Assembly (NCBI GenBank): GCA_030141605.1
Contig: JAQGDQ010000116.1
Span: 310,001-374,000, forward strand
Source: Tubiluchus corallicola
Lineage: Eukaryota > Animalia > Priapulida
Length of the DNA: 64,000 nt
Reading direction: 5' to 3'
Part shown: positions 1 through 10,919 of the stretch, one piece after another
How positions within the stretch are numbered: position 1 is the stretch's first letter
How the letters are laid out: each line of letters begins with the position of its first letter
Program-made: the position numbers and the translations under genes
Notes under the pieces: generated by a model
Seen by the model: only the letters and a program-made list of their open reading frames with translations
Databases searched by the model: none
What the model was told of the DNA's origin: nothing

Positions 1-1941
1 GCAAAAGGTGAGTTTACCTTAAAGTATGTTTTCAAATACTTCAATAAAATTTAAAAAAAACTTGTATGTTGGTAATTAATGTTATCCTCAAATGGTAGCT
101 GACTGATCCAAAACACCTGCTCTTTCTTTGCCTCATAATGACCTTTCATGATATTCATTAATGTTGATCTTAGGGTTTCCTTAGGACAAGAACTATGTGA
201 AGTGATTACTATTTGACCTCTGTAATCATATCCTCAAATAATAGCAAAGGCTTTATCATATTACCTGCACAAGCACACAGGTAAATTCCATTTTAATGAG
301 GCCTTTAGCAGTCATTAATACTGACTGCTACATTTTCATTCATATTGCTTGGTATCTTTTCAGTTTCCTGATGTTTTACAAGTTGATGTTGAATTAGCTC
401 ATGTACCCCATGCTGCTAAAGTAAAGTAAGTAGCAAATATTCGCCATTGTCAAGGTAACTGAAATTATTTACGATACAAAAAATTTTTTACAAAAATGTA
501 ATGCTATTTTCATATGATCAAAATAACTTCTATAATGTTTCTGCGAACTGCTGCAGCTACTATTAAAAATATATGCAGCAATTTGTAACTTGTAAAAATG
601 ACGTTAATTACTTTTGGATATTTAATTTAGTTTGGTAGAGTTGGAGAAAGAACTTCACAATCTTCGAAAAGGGCTCAAGAACTTGGAAACGGTAAGCATT
701 TTGGTTAAACATTTCAGTACTTCTTCATAATGTTGTTTCCTTAAGCTATGACCAAAATAATTAAGCAGCAAAGCAAACTCATCACATAATAAACCCATGT
801 CATTGTTTTACTCACCTTTTGGATTAATATTTTACAGGAAGTACAATTCCATAAATCAAATAATAATGCTGAGGCCGAATTTGTGCAAGTTATGACTGAG
901 TTCATGAAACGCGCAAGTATTAGCTTAATGGAATTGGAAGAAAGACATAACTCAACCAAGCAATGGGTATCTAACATTTTTATTCCACTTGCTCATTTAA
1001 AACTGTGTAGTTTAACGTATTATTGTATATTTCAAATAAAACTCTATATTCTGCCTATTAGTACTTCTATTTTATGTGACAGTTTGAGCGAGTGTGCAAA
1101 ATGTTTGGAGAAAACGGACAAAAGACTTCGTCAGATGAAATCTTTGGGATATTTGATCAATTTCTATGTTCTGCCAAAGAAGCAAAAGCCGATAATGACA
1201 ACGTGAAGCGGAAAAAGCAGGAAGAAGAAAAGCGGATAAAAATGGAAACTGAGGTATAATTGATAACAAGCTGTGACCAAAAGTAAAGCAAACAACTTCC
1301 AATTAGCATACTTAAGTGTTCTTAAGAAGAATCATTTCAGATTCCTTTTTGGATGTTACGTGGCAACATACATGTGTATGTGTGTCCGATCAGTGCAGAA
1401 AGTTATCTGTTATGTATCAGGATGGTAGTGCAGGACGGTATTTTTTGGTATTAATTACTCCATAAAGTGGACGTATCAAAACAGCTACTACCATCTGTTA
1501 GTTTTTGTTAGTAATTTGATTACTATTAATATTAACACAGAGCTATCAATTTTTTTACATAAAATACTATATCAGTATTCTACTATGTTAGGAATAAAAT
1601 GCTAATAAATGATAACATTTCTAGCATTGTCAAATTCATGTCTCTTGATGCTAATTTTTCAGCAAAAGAAGAAAACCGAAATTCGAAAAAGACTGCAACA
1701 AAAAGGCTTGGCAGCTCGGCAAGGCGCCTCGACTAAACTGCGAAGAAACGATTTCAGCTCAAACCTTGGCCCAATTGAAGAGGGTGAATTTGACAACCTC
1801 ATTTCAGTTCTTCAAACCGGTGATGTATTTGGAGATGATTTAGCAAAACTGTCAAAAAATCGCAGACGGAGAAGTACAGGGTCTTTATTACAGGCGAACG
1901 GAGCTGCAAATCGAGAACGAAGTGAAACTAACATCAATTAG
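1..1941 (+). CDS. DAAM: Dishevelled-associated activator of morphogenesis (formin), 3' part: end of FH2 and DAD domain
   Basis: GT-AG exons in consistent phase: <1-7, 364-425, 631-691, 838-966, 1083-1253, 1663-1941 (TAG). Translation includes ELAHVPHAAKVNLVELEKEL, FGENGQKTSSDEIFGIFDQFL..AK..N...KRKKQEEEKR and the DAD motif GEFDNLISVLQTGDVFGDDLAKLSKNRRRR, matching the DAAM1/2 C-terminus. Confidence 0.93.
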
Positions 1942-2183
1942 CCATTGCAGACTGTGGAAACTATGTACAATCAAGAAATAAGACACAGTAGATGTGGTAT
2001 ACATCGATTAAAAAGCTTTTGAACTTTTAAAGCACAACTGTTAGTCTGCACAAATGTATTTTTACAGTCTATAGTAGGCCTAATACGTAATAATGTTTGC
2101 AATTCAAAGGTGAGTCACTACTAAATGACAAACATCTGATTTTTTTAGTTTTTGACATGACGCGTAGCATAAAAAAGCATATA

Positions 2184-2356
2184 CAGTCAAAGCTCTTTAA
2201 ATTGCCCACTTAGGGAGTGCAAAAAGTTGGCATTATAGGGAGGTGCATTAATACATACGTCTATGCAAATATAGACTTTGTTTTGCCAAAAATTTGGGCG
2301 TTAAGCGAGATAGACATTACAAAGGGGGGGGGCGGTGTTATAGCGAGGTTTGACTA
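2184..2356. mobile_element. Tigger/pogo-type MITE (~173 bp) just downstream of the DAAM stop
   Basis: TA|CAGTCAAAGCTC at the left and GAGGTTTGACTA|TA at the right (imperfect TIR, 10/12); TA on both flanks. Confidence 0.65.
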
Positions 2357-4332
2357 TACCATTAAATCTAAAAATAAATATGAATGAATGTAGGATCTGC
2401 TCTGATTAATGACATAATCTTACACTTTACGGTGATTTTTGCAATGTGCAGTTTTTTCCAAGAAAACCTTCGTACCTAGATTTTAGACTGCAACCAACTA
2501 ATTAATCACAACCTAAGCTATTCAGACTAATAAGATAACTCCAGTTACTACTCATACTTTTTAATAATGCATTTTCTGTGCTTTTAATTTAATTGACACT
2601 GTGTTAATAACTTATTTGTATAGTAATGACCCTATAGTATACTTATAGTATACTAATTTGTATAGTATGGAGGTACAAAATTGAAAGATTTAACATAAAA
2701 TTTAGATGTACTCTGCTATAAAAAATCGCTTTGCTTTAAATGTACAAACACTAATAATAACAGCATTTTAAAAAGAAACTTAACTGATGACTGTAATGAT
2801 AAAGAGTATTTGTATTTAAATGCTAAGACTTGATTCAGCCTTTTTTATACATATTGATACACTGCATGCTCAAAGCAGTCAAAGGCTGGGCCTACTCAAT
2901 GAGATGTTTGTGATGTCACAGGACCCTAGCTCATTATCAATGATGTACCTCTAAAATGATCTACTACTACATCAGAAGAGGTATCTCTGCCACAGTTCGG
3001 ATGTACATACATCCACCCTCCAAGAATTAAATGATCAGTGAAGCTAGGAACTGATGAAAAAGTACTGGAAATCACGGTACAGTGATTTCAAAATTAATGG
3101 ATGCAAGAAATTTAAGGCTCTTAACAGATGTGTGCTCCAGTAATGAAAGATGGTTTATTGATATTTTCTCGGTACTATGTTCAAATGTACAGAAGTTCTC
3201 CATGGAGTCGTAAAACTTCTGTAGCCCATGTCAGTTAGTTATGTCAGCAGTATTTATGTCTAATACTGTAATTATACATGTATCAATCTTATAGCATATT
3301 CAGTTTGTTTACCAAGGACTGTGTAATTGTTTGCTTCAGCTATGCTGCTACGCTGCAACTGTTATTTCCATTAGTAAATCTGTACATTTGAACAATGTTG
3401 TTTGTATTTGTATGTTTTCAATAGGGATTGACAATACTAATGTTATGTTCTGGTTCCCATACCACTGTTGACAGTGGTCTTATAAACATCAAACTAATGC
3501 AGTCATCTGACAGAACTCATGAAGTTGGTATTTTTTAGCGAGACTAGACTCTCATATAAGTTAACCAGCACATAAATGAACAATGATAACACTAGTAAAG
3601 CCTAACAAAACTGCTGCAGTATATGGCAGACCAGCCTGTTAAGAGCAATAATTGCATCACCGCTATTATCGTTGTTATCATTGTCAAGTACAGCTAGCAA
3701 AAGAAATACTCAATGAGAGAAACATCAAGTTCTAGCATTCTGATACACTTGACCTGTGGGCTGGTAAAGGTCAGGGCACATGTGAGCAAACCTCATCTAC
3801 ATCGAGAATCAATGTGAAAACGAATGAACTCTGTACAATGTAATAGGCCTTCAAGCTTCAGGCACGACTATATATTGCAGATGGCTTCTCTACAGGTGTT
3901 CCAAGTTAAAATCACGTTGTTGTGTTAATCAAATTTACAAAACCGTTTATCCAAAAAAATTTAGACTAAACTACAGTACTAAGTCATGGGACAGTTTAAC
4001 GACAATGTCGTTTAGCATTTCTGATGCCAGAACAATGCAATTCCTAAGACAAAATAGGTTAATTATTTTTAGGACAGTGCATCAACATGACAACATATAT
4101 GAGCTAGTATGCAAATGCACGATGAAATGCAATCAAGGCAGTGAAATTCCATTGTGTTAATTTGCTGTATGTCAATAAAACAAACAGTTACAAGAAATGA
4201 ACATCAATTTTAGGGTAAACTTTTGCTTTTAATGAGAATTTAACTTTTTTGTATAATACAGTAATTATCACATCTGCAGGCACTACGTTCTTCGTGTACA
4301 AATATTATATTATATGCTGTACGTAATTTACA

Positions 4333-6621
4333 TTAGTATTGTCGAGTTCCATGACGTGTATCCATCCCCTTTATTCGTTTAAATTCTTTGTATAAAACTG
4401 GGAACCCAACTGAAAAAAATGAAACAGTGTTGTAGAAAGCATTTTGTAGCTGGCTTTCAATATTGGCTGACTACTAACCATTAATAGGTGATGAATTTTG
4501 AAAACACGTTTTGAACATGTTTCAAAATGTGCCACACCCAGTGGCTTCACATGTCTGTAGGACCTGATAAGCAGTCTTTAAAATGCGCACAGTGTGGACA
4601 GCATGTGAAACTGTGGCACCCGAGATATAAAGTTGTATCAACAAGATAAAAGGTTTGCATTTTTCTATCACAACAAAAAAAATTCTGTCACAATTCAGAA
4701 ACTCTTATGCCAAGCTACTGGCAAGTGACAATGCCATTTGGTTCAACAGCACCATTCAGGGTGTTCGCTAAAGTAGGCCTTTCTTTAGGCAGTGTGTTGG
4801 GGTCAATAACTGTATAACAACAACTGTGTAAGTTATGCCCTTGGTTAGGGAAAGTAGAGAACAATATGAATACTAAAGTGAATCAAACAATGTATCAGCT
4901 CAACTAAGAATGACTCAACTAATTGCAACGCAAAATTGTCAATAGCAATAATTTCTTTCATAGCTCAGTAAACCATGCCATCAATAAGGCCTGACATCCT
5001 GACATAAAGCTGTTGGTGAAAAATTACACATTTGTAGATTAGTTCACTTTTTTAACAATGTTCATTTTAATGTGTATCATTAAATTGAATTAATACTTAA
5101 CGTGTGAGATACCATTATATTTTGCCATATACGATGCACTAGCATATAAGGCGAACCCATGTTGCAGGGCAAAATTAAGAAAAAAAGTTTTAGTCCTCAA
5201 TTAGGCCTAGGGCCATTTTTTGCTTATTGTAATAACAGAGTTTTAATAACGTCTATTATAATGCATGCGATAATTTCTAATTAAGCCTAAAAATATGTTT
5301 ATTTCCAATTTGCTATCATTGTACACTATGGCAGTGCAAAATTTCCAAAGTCACTGGTAAATTAAATGTGTTGAGAGGTCTTACTTTTACTTAAATTCAC
5401 AATTTCTCCTTTGATCAACAGTCAAAAAATGACAGGTTTCATTTTTGACATAGTTAGCCTAACTAAATAATCTCTCATGTCTACATTTTACAGATAACTT
5501 TGTCACGATAATTTCATTTTCAGTCACACTGCACTGCAGACTGCTGGATTATCAAATTAACAGCTTGCATGGGTGAATACTAGTAGTTTATTTAATTAGC
5601 ATTTGCACTATAGAATTGGCTGTATAAAATGCAGTTTAAAAAATTAAACATTTGGTATTTGTGGGTAATCACTGAACGCGCAATAAATGGTTCATCTGGC
5701 AAATGCCATTAGTACGTTTGCCTATTATAGCCCAGTAATACAAACTGCGGCCTACATTAGGCCTCTATATACAGCGCATAATAAGAAGCCTGTTTTTAGT
5801 ACGGTTTTTGCTAGAAAAATGCATCATGTGGCAGAAAATGCAGTATGAATTACTTTTCGATGTGACAAATAAACTTATTTCTAAGACCTATATCTGGAAT
5901 GCCAAAAACAACATAAATGCACTGAAGTTTTCGAACATAATTTCATATATTTCAGCTTCCAAAAGAATGTAAATGTCGACTTACGCTTCGGATCTCGAAG
6001 TTTTATTAAGACTTTGTCAGCTGTGCGTTCTCTTACCCAGCCACGAACATGTCCTGTTCCAGCCATGGACTTTATAAGCACCAAAACAAATCTGGACAAA
6101 AACAAGTAAACAAGATTCCTTAAGTTAAAGAAACTCTCATTCTCACCAGCCTCATCAGCTACATGATAAAAATGATCAAGAAACTTCATACCTTACACTA
6201 GAGTTATTTTGCAGTACGTTATCTAGTCAAAAAAAAAAAAACAAATCACTGAACTATGCCAAAAAACAGTTTGCCAGGTTACTTTAAATAAGGTTGGGGA
6301 AAGAGCTCCGAGAGAACAGCTAAAGTGGTTATGCTGTGCACTTGCCTATGAAGCCATGCTACATCAGGTCCTTGCTAATAACTGTAAGGGTGACAGTAAA
6401 CTACTTCTGTTAGTTTAATATGCTATATGCATCTATATGTGTTGTATATACCCAAATGTGGCTTAAATATCCCATTCATTGTCTCATTAAGAGGATAATC
6501 CTTGGTAATAAGCTCTGCTCCAATCCCACGATAGCCATTCAACAATAATAGTAAGCCCTAAAGCTAATAAAAACATCAGGTAATTAATGTAGCATACATA
6601 CTGTTTTGTAGCTTTAGCCAT
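4333..6621 (-). CDS. MRPL33: Mitochondrial ribosomal protein L33 (bL33m), 67 aa
   Basis: Three coding exons 6621-6602, 6091-5985, 4409-4333, all with GT-AG sites and matching phase. Product MAKATKQFVLVLIKSMAGTGHVRGWVRERTADKVLIKLRDPKLGFPVLYKEFKRIKGMDTRHGTRQY fits the bL33m pattern (basic N-terminus, hydrophobic strand, S-x-AGTG, R-x-R, DP, VL[FY]xE, K/R-I). Confidence 0.88.
5112..5843. mobile_element. Degenerate Tc1/mariner-pogo (Tc2-like) MITE in the last MRPL33 intron
   Basis: Left end TA|CCATTATATTTTGCCATATACGATGCA and right end TGCATCATGTGGCAGAAAATGCAG|TA form a diverged inverted repeat; internal TATAAGGCG motif. Confidence 0.45.
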
Positions 6622-7276
6622 TTAGTTCTTTTCCAGCAGGTATTTATCACGAATGATATCAGGAATACATTCTTACAACGTCGAATTTGGCAACTACCTA
6701 CACAAACCATATAACATAAGCAATGGTGATGTTACAGACTGATATATATATAAGATGTAATTATTGAATTCTGCTACACTGTAATTTGCCAACATGTTAA
6801 TTTAGGCAAAGGACAAACTCTGTGGAACAAGCATACGTACAATTCAATTGCAAGAGAGAATTTAGCAATGTTCTCTTTCCATGCAATTAGTGTTTTCCTT
6901 AAGCTAACTTTCAGCACTGTATGTAGCAATTCTGGGTAATATCGGGAGCACTCGCTAAGCAAACAGAGAGTGATGCGCAGCTGGATATAGGCACATTTCT
7001 AACACAATTATTGCAGCAAACTACAAGGTGATGCCCCAAGCAAAAAATTCCCAGTAGCCTATAGTATAAGTATTTATGCTGTTATAAATTTATGTATTCT
7101 TTTAGTTATTGAAATAGCAAGTAGTATCTGCTTGGTCAGATATGGAATGACTCTCATAAGCATTTCACATCATTTTTCCAATTAGCTGTGTAGGTGCAAA
7201 TTAAAATGTAATCGGAAAATTTGTTGATCGTGTGTACCACAGTACGTACGTACAAAAGTATGTATAGCAATATTAA

Positions 7277-8050
7277 AATTATTATTATCAATGAGTGTAC
7301 GCCGTTCTTACACTACAGTTTCAGATTCTGGATTGCGGTTCAGCGGTTTCACATCAGCCTCTCTTCCAGTCTGGAAGGCACTTATCTCTAAGTGCAAGCC
7401 TAATTTTTAGTCTTGTAATGCTGTCTTCTTTTTTGGATCTCAAAATCAGCTCCCAAGAACTTTCTTACTTTTAGGGCTTGGTTAATTCTGACGTTTACTT
7501 CCTTCAATTTATCAGTATTATCAACATATAAATCACCAATTACTTGCACCCATTCTTTCATTCAATTTTTCACACAATAAATCATGTTCTGTAGTGTCTT
7601 CATTATTTAAACATAATGAGCACTTGAATTCTCCTTTAAACTTATTTTGGCAATTTGCTTTAACTCTGACCATATTTAGTTTCCACTCTGTAATTGCGTT
7701 TATAACTGTTTTTTCTGCACATTCTACAACATATTTCGTTGGTTTAGCCCGCTCTCTTACTTAAAAATCATAGCTTTGTTTTGCTTCTAATTTAAAGCAC
7801 GCTTTCGCATTCCAAATACTGATTTATCGCACATTTGAATTCTTTTTTCCACCATTTCTTTTTTATCTAATAATTGTTCACTTATAACTGAACTATATTT
7901 CTTTGCCATGTCTTTCATACTTTCATGCCAGCCGCCTTTAATGATTGTTTGTGCATTTACTTTCGAAGTATAGCATTGCATTGAATATGTACACTAATTT
8001 GCTCTATGTTTATTTTTCTTAACAAAGCGTTTGTAACAATAAAAAGCACA
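7277..8050 (-). mobile_element. Non-LTR retrotransposon 3' remnant (C-terminal CCHC zinc knuckle plus 3' UTR)
   Basis: Minus-strand translation WKLNMVRVKANCQNKFKGEFKCSLCLNNEDTTEHDLLC (C-x2-C-x8-H-x3-C), then two adjacent hairpins (7363-7395) and a short (AAT)n tail near 7277-7288. Boundaries approximate. Confidence 0.6.
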
Positions 8051-8139
8051 TTAAGAATAAACAAATTCACACTACGTGTGTCAAGATTCATACAAAATTT
8101 CATACATAATGTCTATCAATAAACCATAAACACGAAAAG

Positions 8140-9620
8140 TCACTGTAGGGCGCGGAGTACTTCACTAGTCCAGTAGAACACTTCCGCTAAAGCGCATGTG
8201 CTAAGTTTCTGGAACAGCAGTGTCGTACATGGGCAGCCAGTAGGGCACTAACGATTGCTGTCGAGAATCGAGAATTATGGCATAACAAAAATAAAACTAA
8301 ATTTGTTTTAGAAAAAAAGCAACTTTATAATAATGATGGATAGTCCTTGACAATATACAAATGTATTTTTACAATAATGTCATCATTATTATTAGCTTCA
8401 TTAATATCATCGTGACATTAAACTAAGTATCTAATGCTTTAAAGAGAGAAACTACGTAGGGCACATTGCTCTTTAGCCCGTTTACTTAGTAGAAAACAAT
8501 TATTTGTACAAGAAGTAGTGAAACAGATCAGCTGTCAGTGAAGCGAGACAAAATAAAAACTGATGTACCTTAAGCAAATGCTGTAATCGCCTAAAAAGCT
8601 GGATTGTTTCACTTCAAAAGATTAATATCGAAGCCAAATTTAATATTATATAATAATATTGGCCGTTCTACCAGCCCAGAATAAGATTATTTTATTTTAT
8701 CAGATGTATAATAAATTATTCAATGTGTATTGGCGTTTTCAATTATTATTACTAAATAAATAAGGACAACAGACCCTGCCACTACAGTTAAAGCACAAAA
8801 AAATCTTCCACTTACATAAAGCTTAAAAAATTCGGCTTGAAATTTTATACCACTTACATACTGCCTTTCTGCATGCAGGGCCTGCATGGGCCGCAACGCT
8901 GTGTGAAACGTGTAAATTTAAGCTCTCGTGATGACCATTAGGCACAGCCATTTTGATGGTAAATATTTTGAAACAAGTTTAGTTAACGCTGAGTAAAGTT
9001 TAAAAAAATAATCAGAGCATTCGTAGCATACATGTTGCTAACTAAGTAAAATTTTAAATTACTGCATCTTGCCAATAAGATTAAAAATACGTTTTTGGCA
9101 AAGTAAGTGGCGCACCATCATGAAGGGTGAGTCAGTGACATTTTAGCAATTGGCACAAACATTTTAAAATATTTTTTCAAGTTACATAAGTCTTTTCAGC
9201 AGGTAAGCAAAATGCTAAGTAATATAGATTTGCACGAAAAGTTGTTTGGGACAATTTAACATTGCTTTTCCTTCCCCAGATTTACGTTTGCGTGGTGACG
9301 CATGTAGAGGCGTATTCAGAACGGTATTGCGGGAGATGAACAAAAATTCCTTTCAACACGAGTACGATATATGCATAAAATTCCTGTGATGTAGTATAAT
9401 TTTTAACGCGATTTTTCTGACACCATCTTCCGGTACCCCTTTTCTTGTCATTTAACGACTTAGTTTGTGACCTGTCTATACTTGGGCTAACCCATGTACG
9501 ACACTTCCTACTTGGGCTAGCCCATGTACGCCAATTGTCCTACTTCGGCTAGTGTCCTAGTCTGCTCCCAATATCACTAATGATTTACTGGACACGTACA
9601 AGCGCACCGCAAAGTGTATC
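8140..9620. mobile_element. Old inverted-repeat element enclosing the Kolobok-like copy A
   Basis: GTGTCGTACATGGGCAGCCAGTAGG (~8220-8245) is the reverse complement of the ~30-bp units CTACTTGGGCTA(A/G)CCCATGTACG(ACAC) at ~9478-9555. ~8140-8180 also resembles the reverse complement of ~9584-9618. Confidence 0.45.
8792..9451 (-). mobile_element. TTAA-flanked non-autonomous DNA transposon (Kolobok-like), copy A
   Basis: TTAA at 8788-8791 and 9452-9455; ends AGCACAAAAAAA...TTTTCTTGTCAT; end-to-end reverse-complement homology with 57875-58524. Confidence 0.8.
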
Positions 9621-10919
9621 AAATCAGTTTAGCGAAAGCTGGCTAGTCACATTTGGCACCGTCTACACACTAGCCCAGTAGCCCATATATAACACAGTAA
9701 AGAATGATGCTCAGAATTCGAAAACAATTATTATTATAGAGTTGAACATAAGCTGAGCCTAGTTTGCCTTAAATAGTAATTTAAAATATCGATATAACTT
9801 AATTACATTCGATAAAATAAAATATCATTAATTTTGAGCCAACTCTAGTGCAAAATACTTGACTGAATGAATGTACTTTCATGGAGTGTATTATAAATTA
9901 AAAATAATGTGAATCATTACAAAGATATATTTAAGAGCAAAGTAAATAACACGCCAAATTACAGTAATGTCAGACAACTAAACTAGATACTGCATTTGGC
10001 CTTCAGTGACGCAGGTGCTCTGTTTACAGCAGCAATAAATTATCTTTAAAAAAAATTTTTGTCACACCATGCATGCACTTATTCCTTTATGCTAAACATT
10101 GCCCTGAAACACTCAAAATTATAGTTATTACTTTTATTAACACAATAAAGAATAAACCAAACAAGATGTTTAAATGGTTTGAACTTGGCGTAGAACAAAA
10201 CTATAGACAAATAATCATAAACACGTAACAGTTTTTAAAATTAAATTTAGCTGCCGTACCAAATTTAATCCAGTTACATATATCTTCAATGTTATTGCAA
10301 TAACAAATTATTATAAACTTATTGTAATTAAACAAATCGTTGCAAACGATTTAATTAATATTTAATATGGCTATTTAATATGGCTTCAAGTGGCTATAGG
10401 AAATGCGAAAAGTTGCAAAGTTAAGAGAGCGCAAGTGCGATATATAGGCTGCCCACGTTTGGGTACTTGGGTATTTAGGCTTAACACACTGCTTGTGAAT
10501 CACACCTGTATCGAAGTTTTTTAATTCGCTTCAAACTTTCGAACTCACATGTTCAATTCTCAAGTGCACCCCTGTTGTCAAGATTGTTACTAATGATGCT
10601 TTAAACAGTATATAAATTTTGATTGTGCTACTTTTTGTTTGTGGTACGACTGTGTTATAAAAAGTCTAACGTTTTGTTTCTATTTTTTGTACTATTCGGA
10701 ACTGATGTACTGAACACGAATAAATAGAAATCGATGACTGAATTTTCTGTTGGGGAACAGATGGAGCCACAGTCTACGTTCATAATCGGGCACACTGCAT
10801 CGAGTATGCAGCTGCTACTCTGCCACGTTTAACATTAGTTTGTTAAGGCTTCGTTTGTAAAATATTTGATGTTTGTGTTGTAACCGTGCGTAAATAGTTT
10901 AGATTATTATAAAGTAAAT

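Noticed and set aside
5881-6189. 102-aa ORF from the ORF track as a stand-alone gene
   Set aside because: Only 5985-6091 is coding (MRPL33 exon); the rest is intron read-through.
8858-8951. Minus-strand ATG-initiated exon-like segment (MAVPNGHHESL...) ending at a GTAAGT donor, considered as MRPL33 exon 1
   Set aside because: It lies inside the Kolobok-like repeat, has the wrong phase and no bL33 similarity; 6621-6602 fits.
9478-9555. Short spaced direct repeats resembling a CRISPR array
   Set aside because: Eukaryotic context, only about three degenerate units, no proper spacers or cas genes; better explained as TE subterminal repeats.
9737-9847. TAGAGTTG...CAACTCTA mini inverted repeat (hAT MITE?)
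   Set aside because: No 8-bp TSD and only an 8-bp IR.
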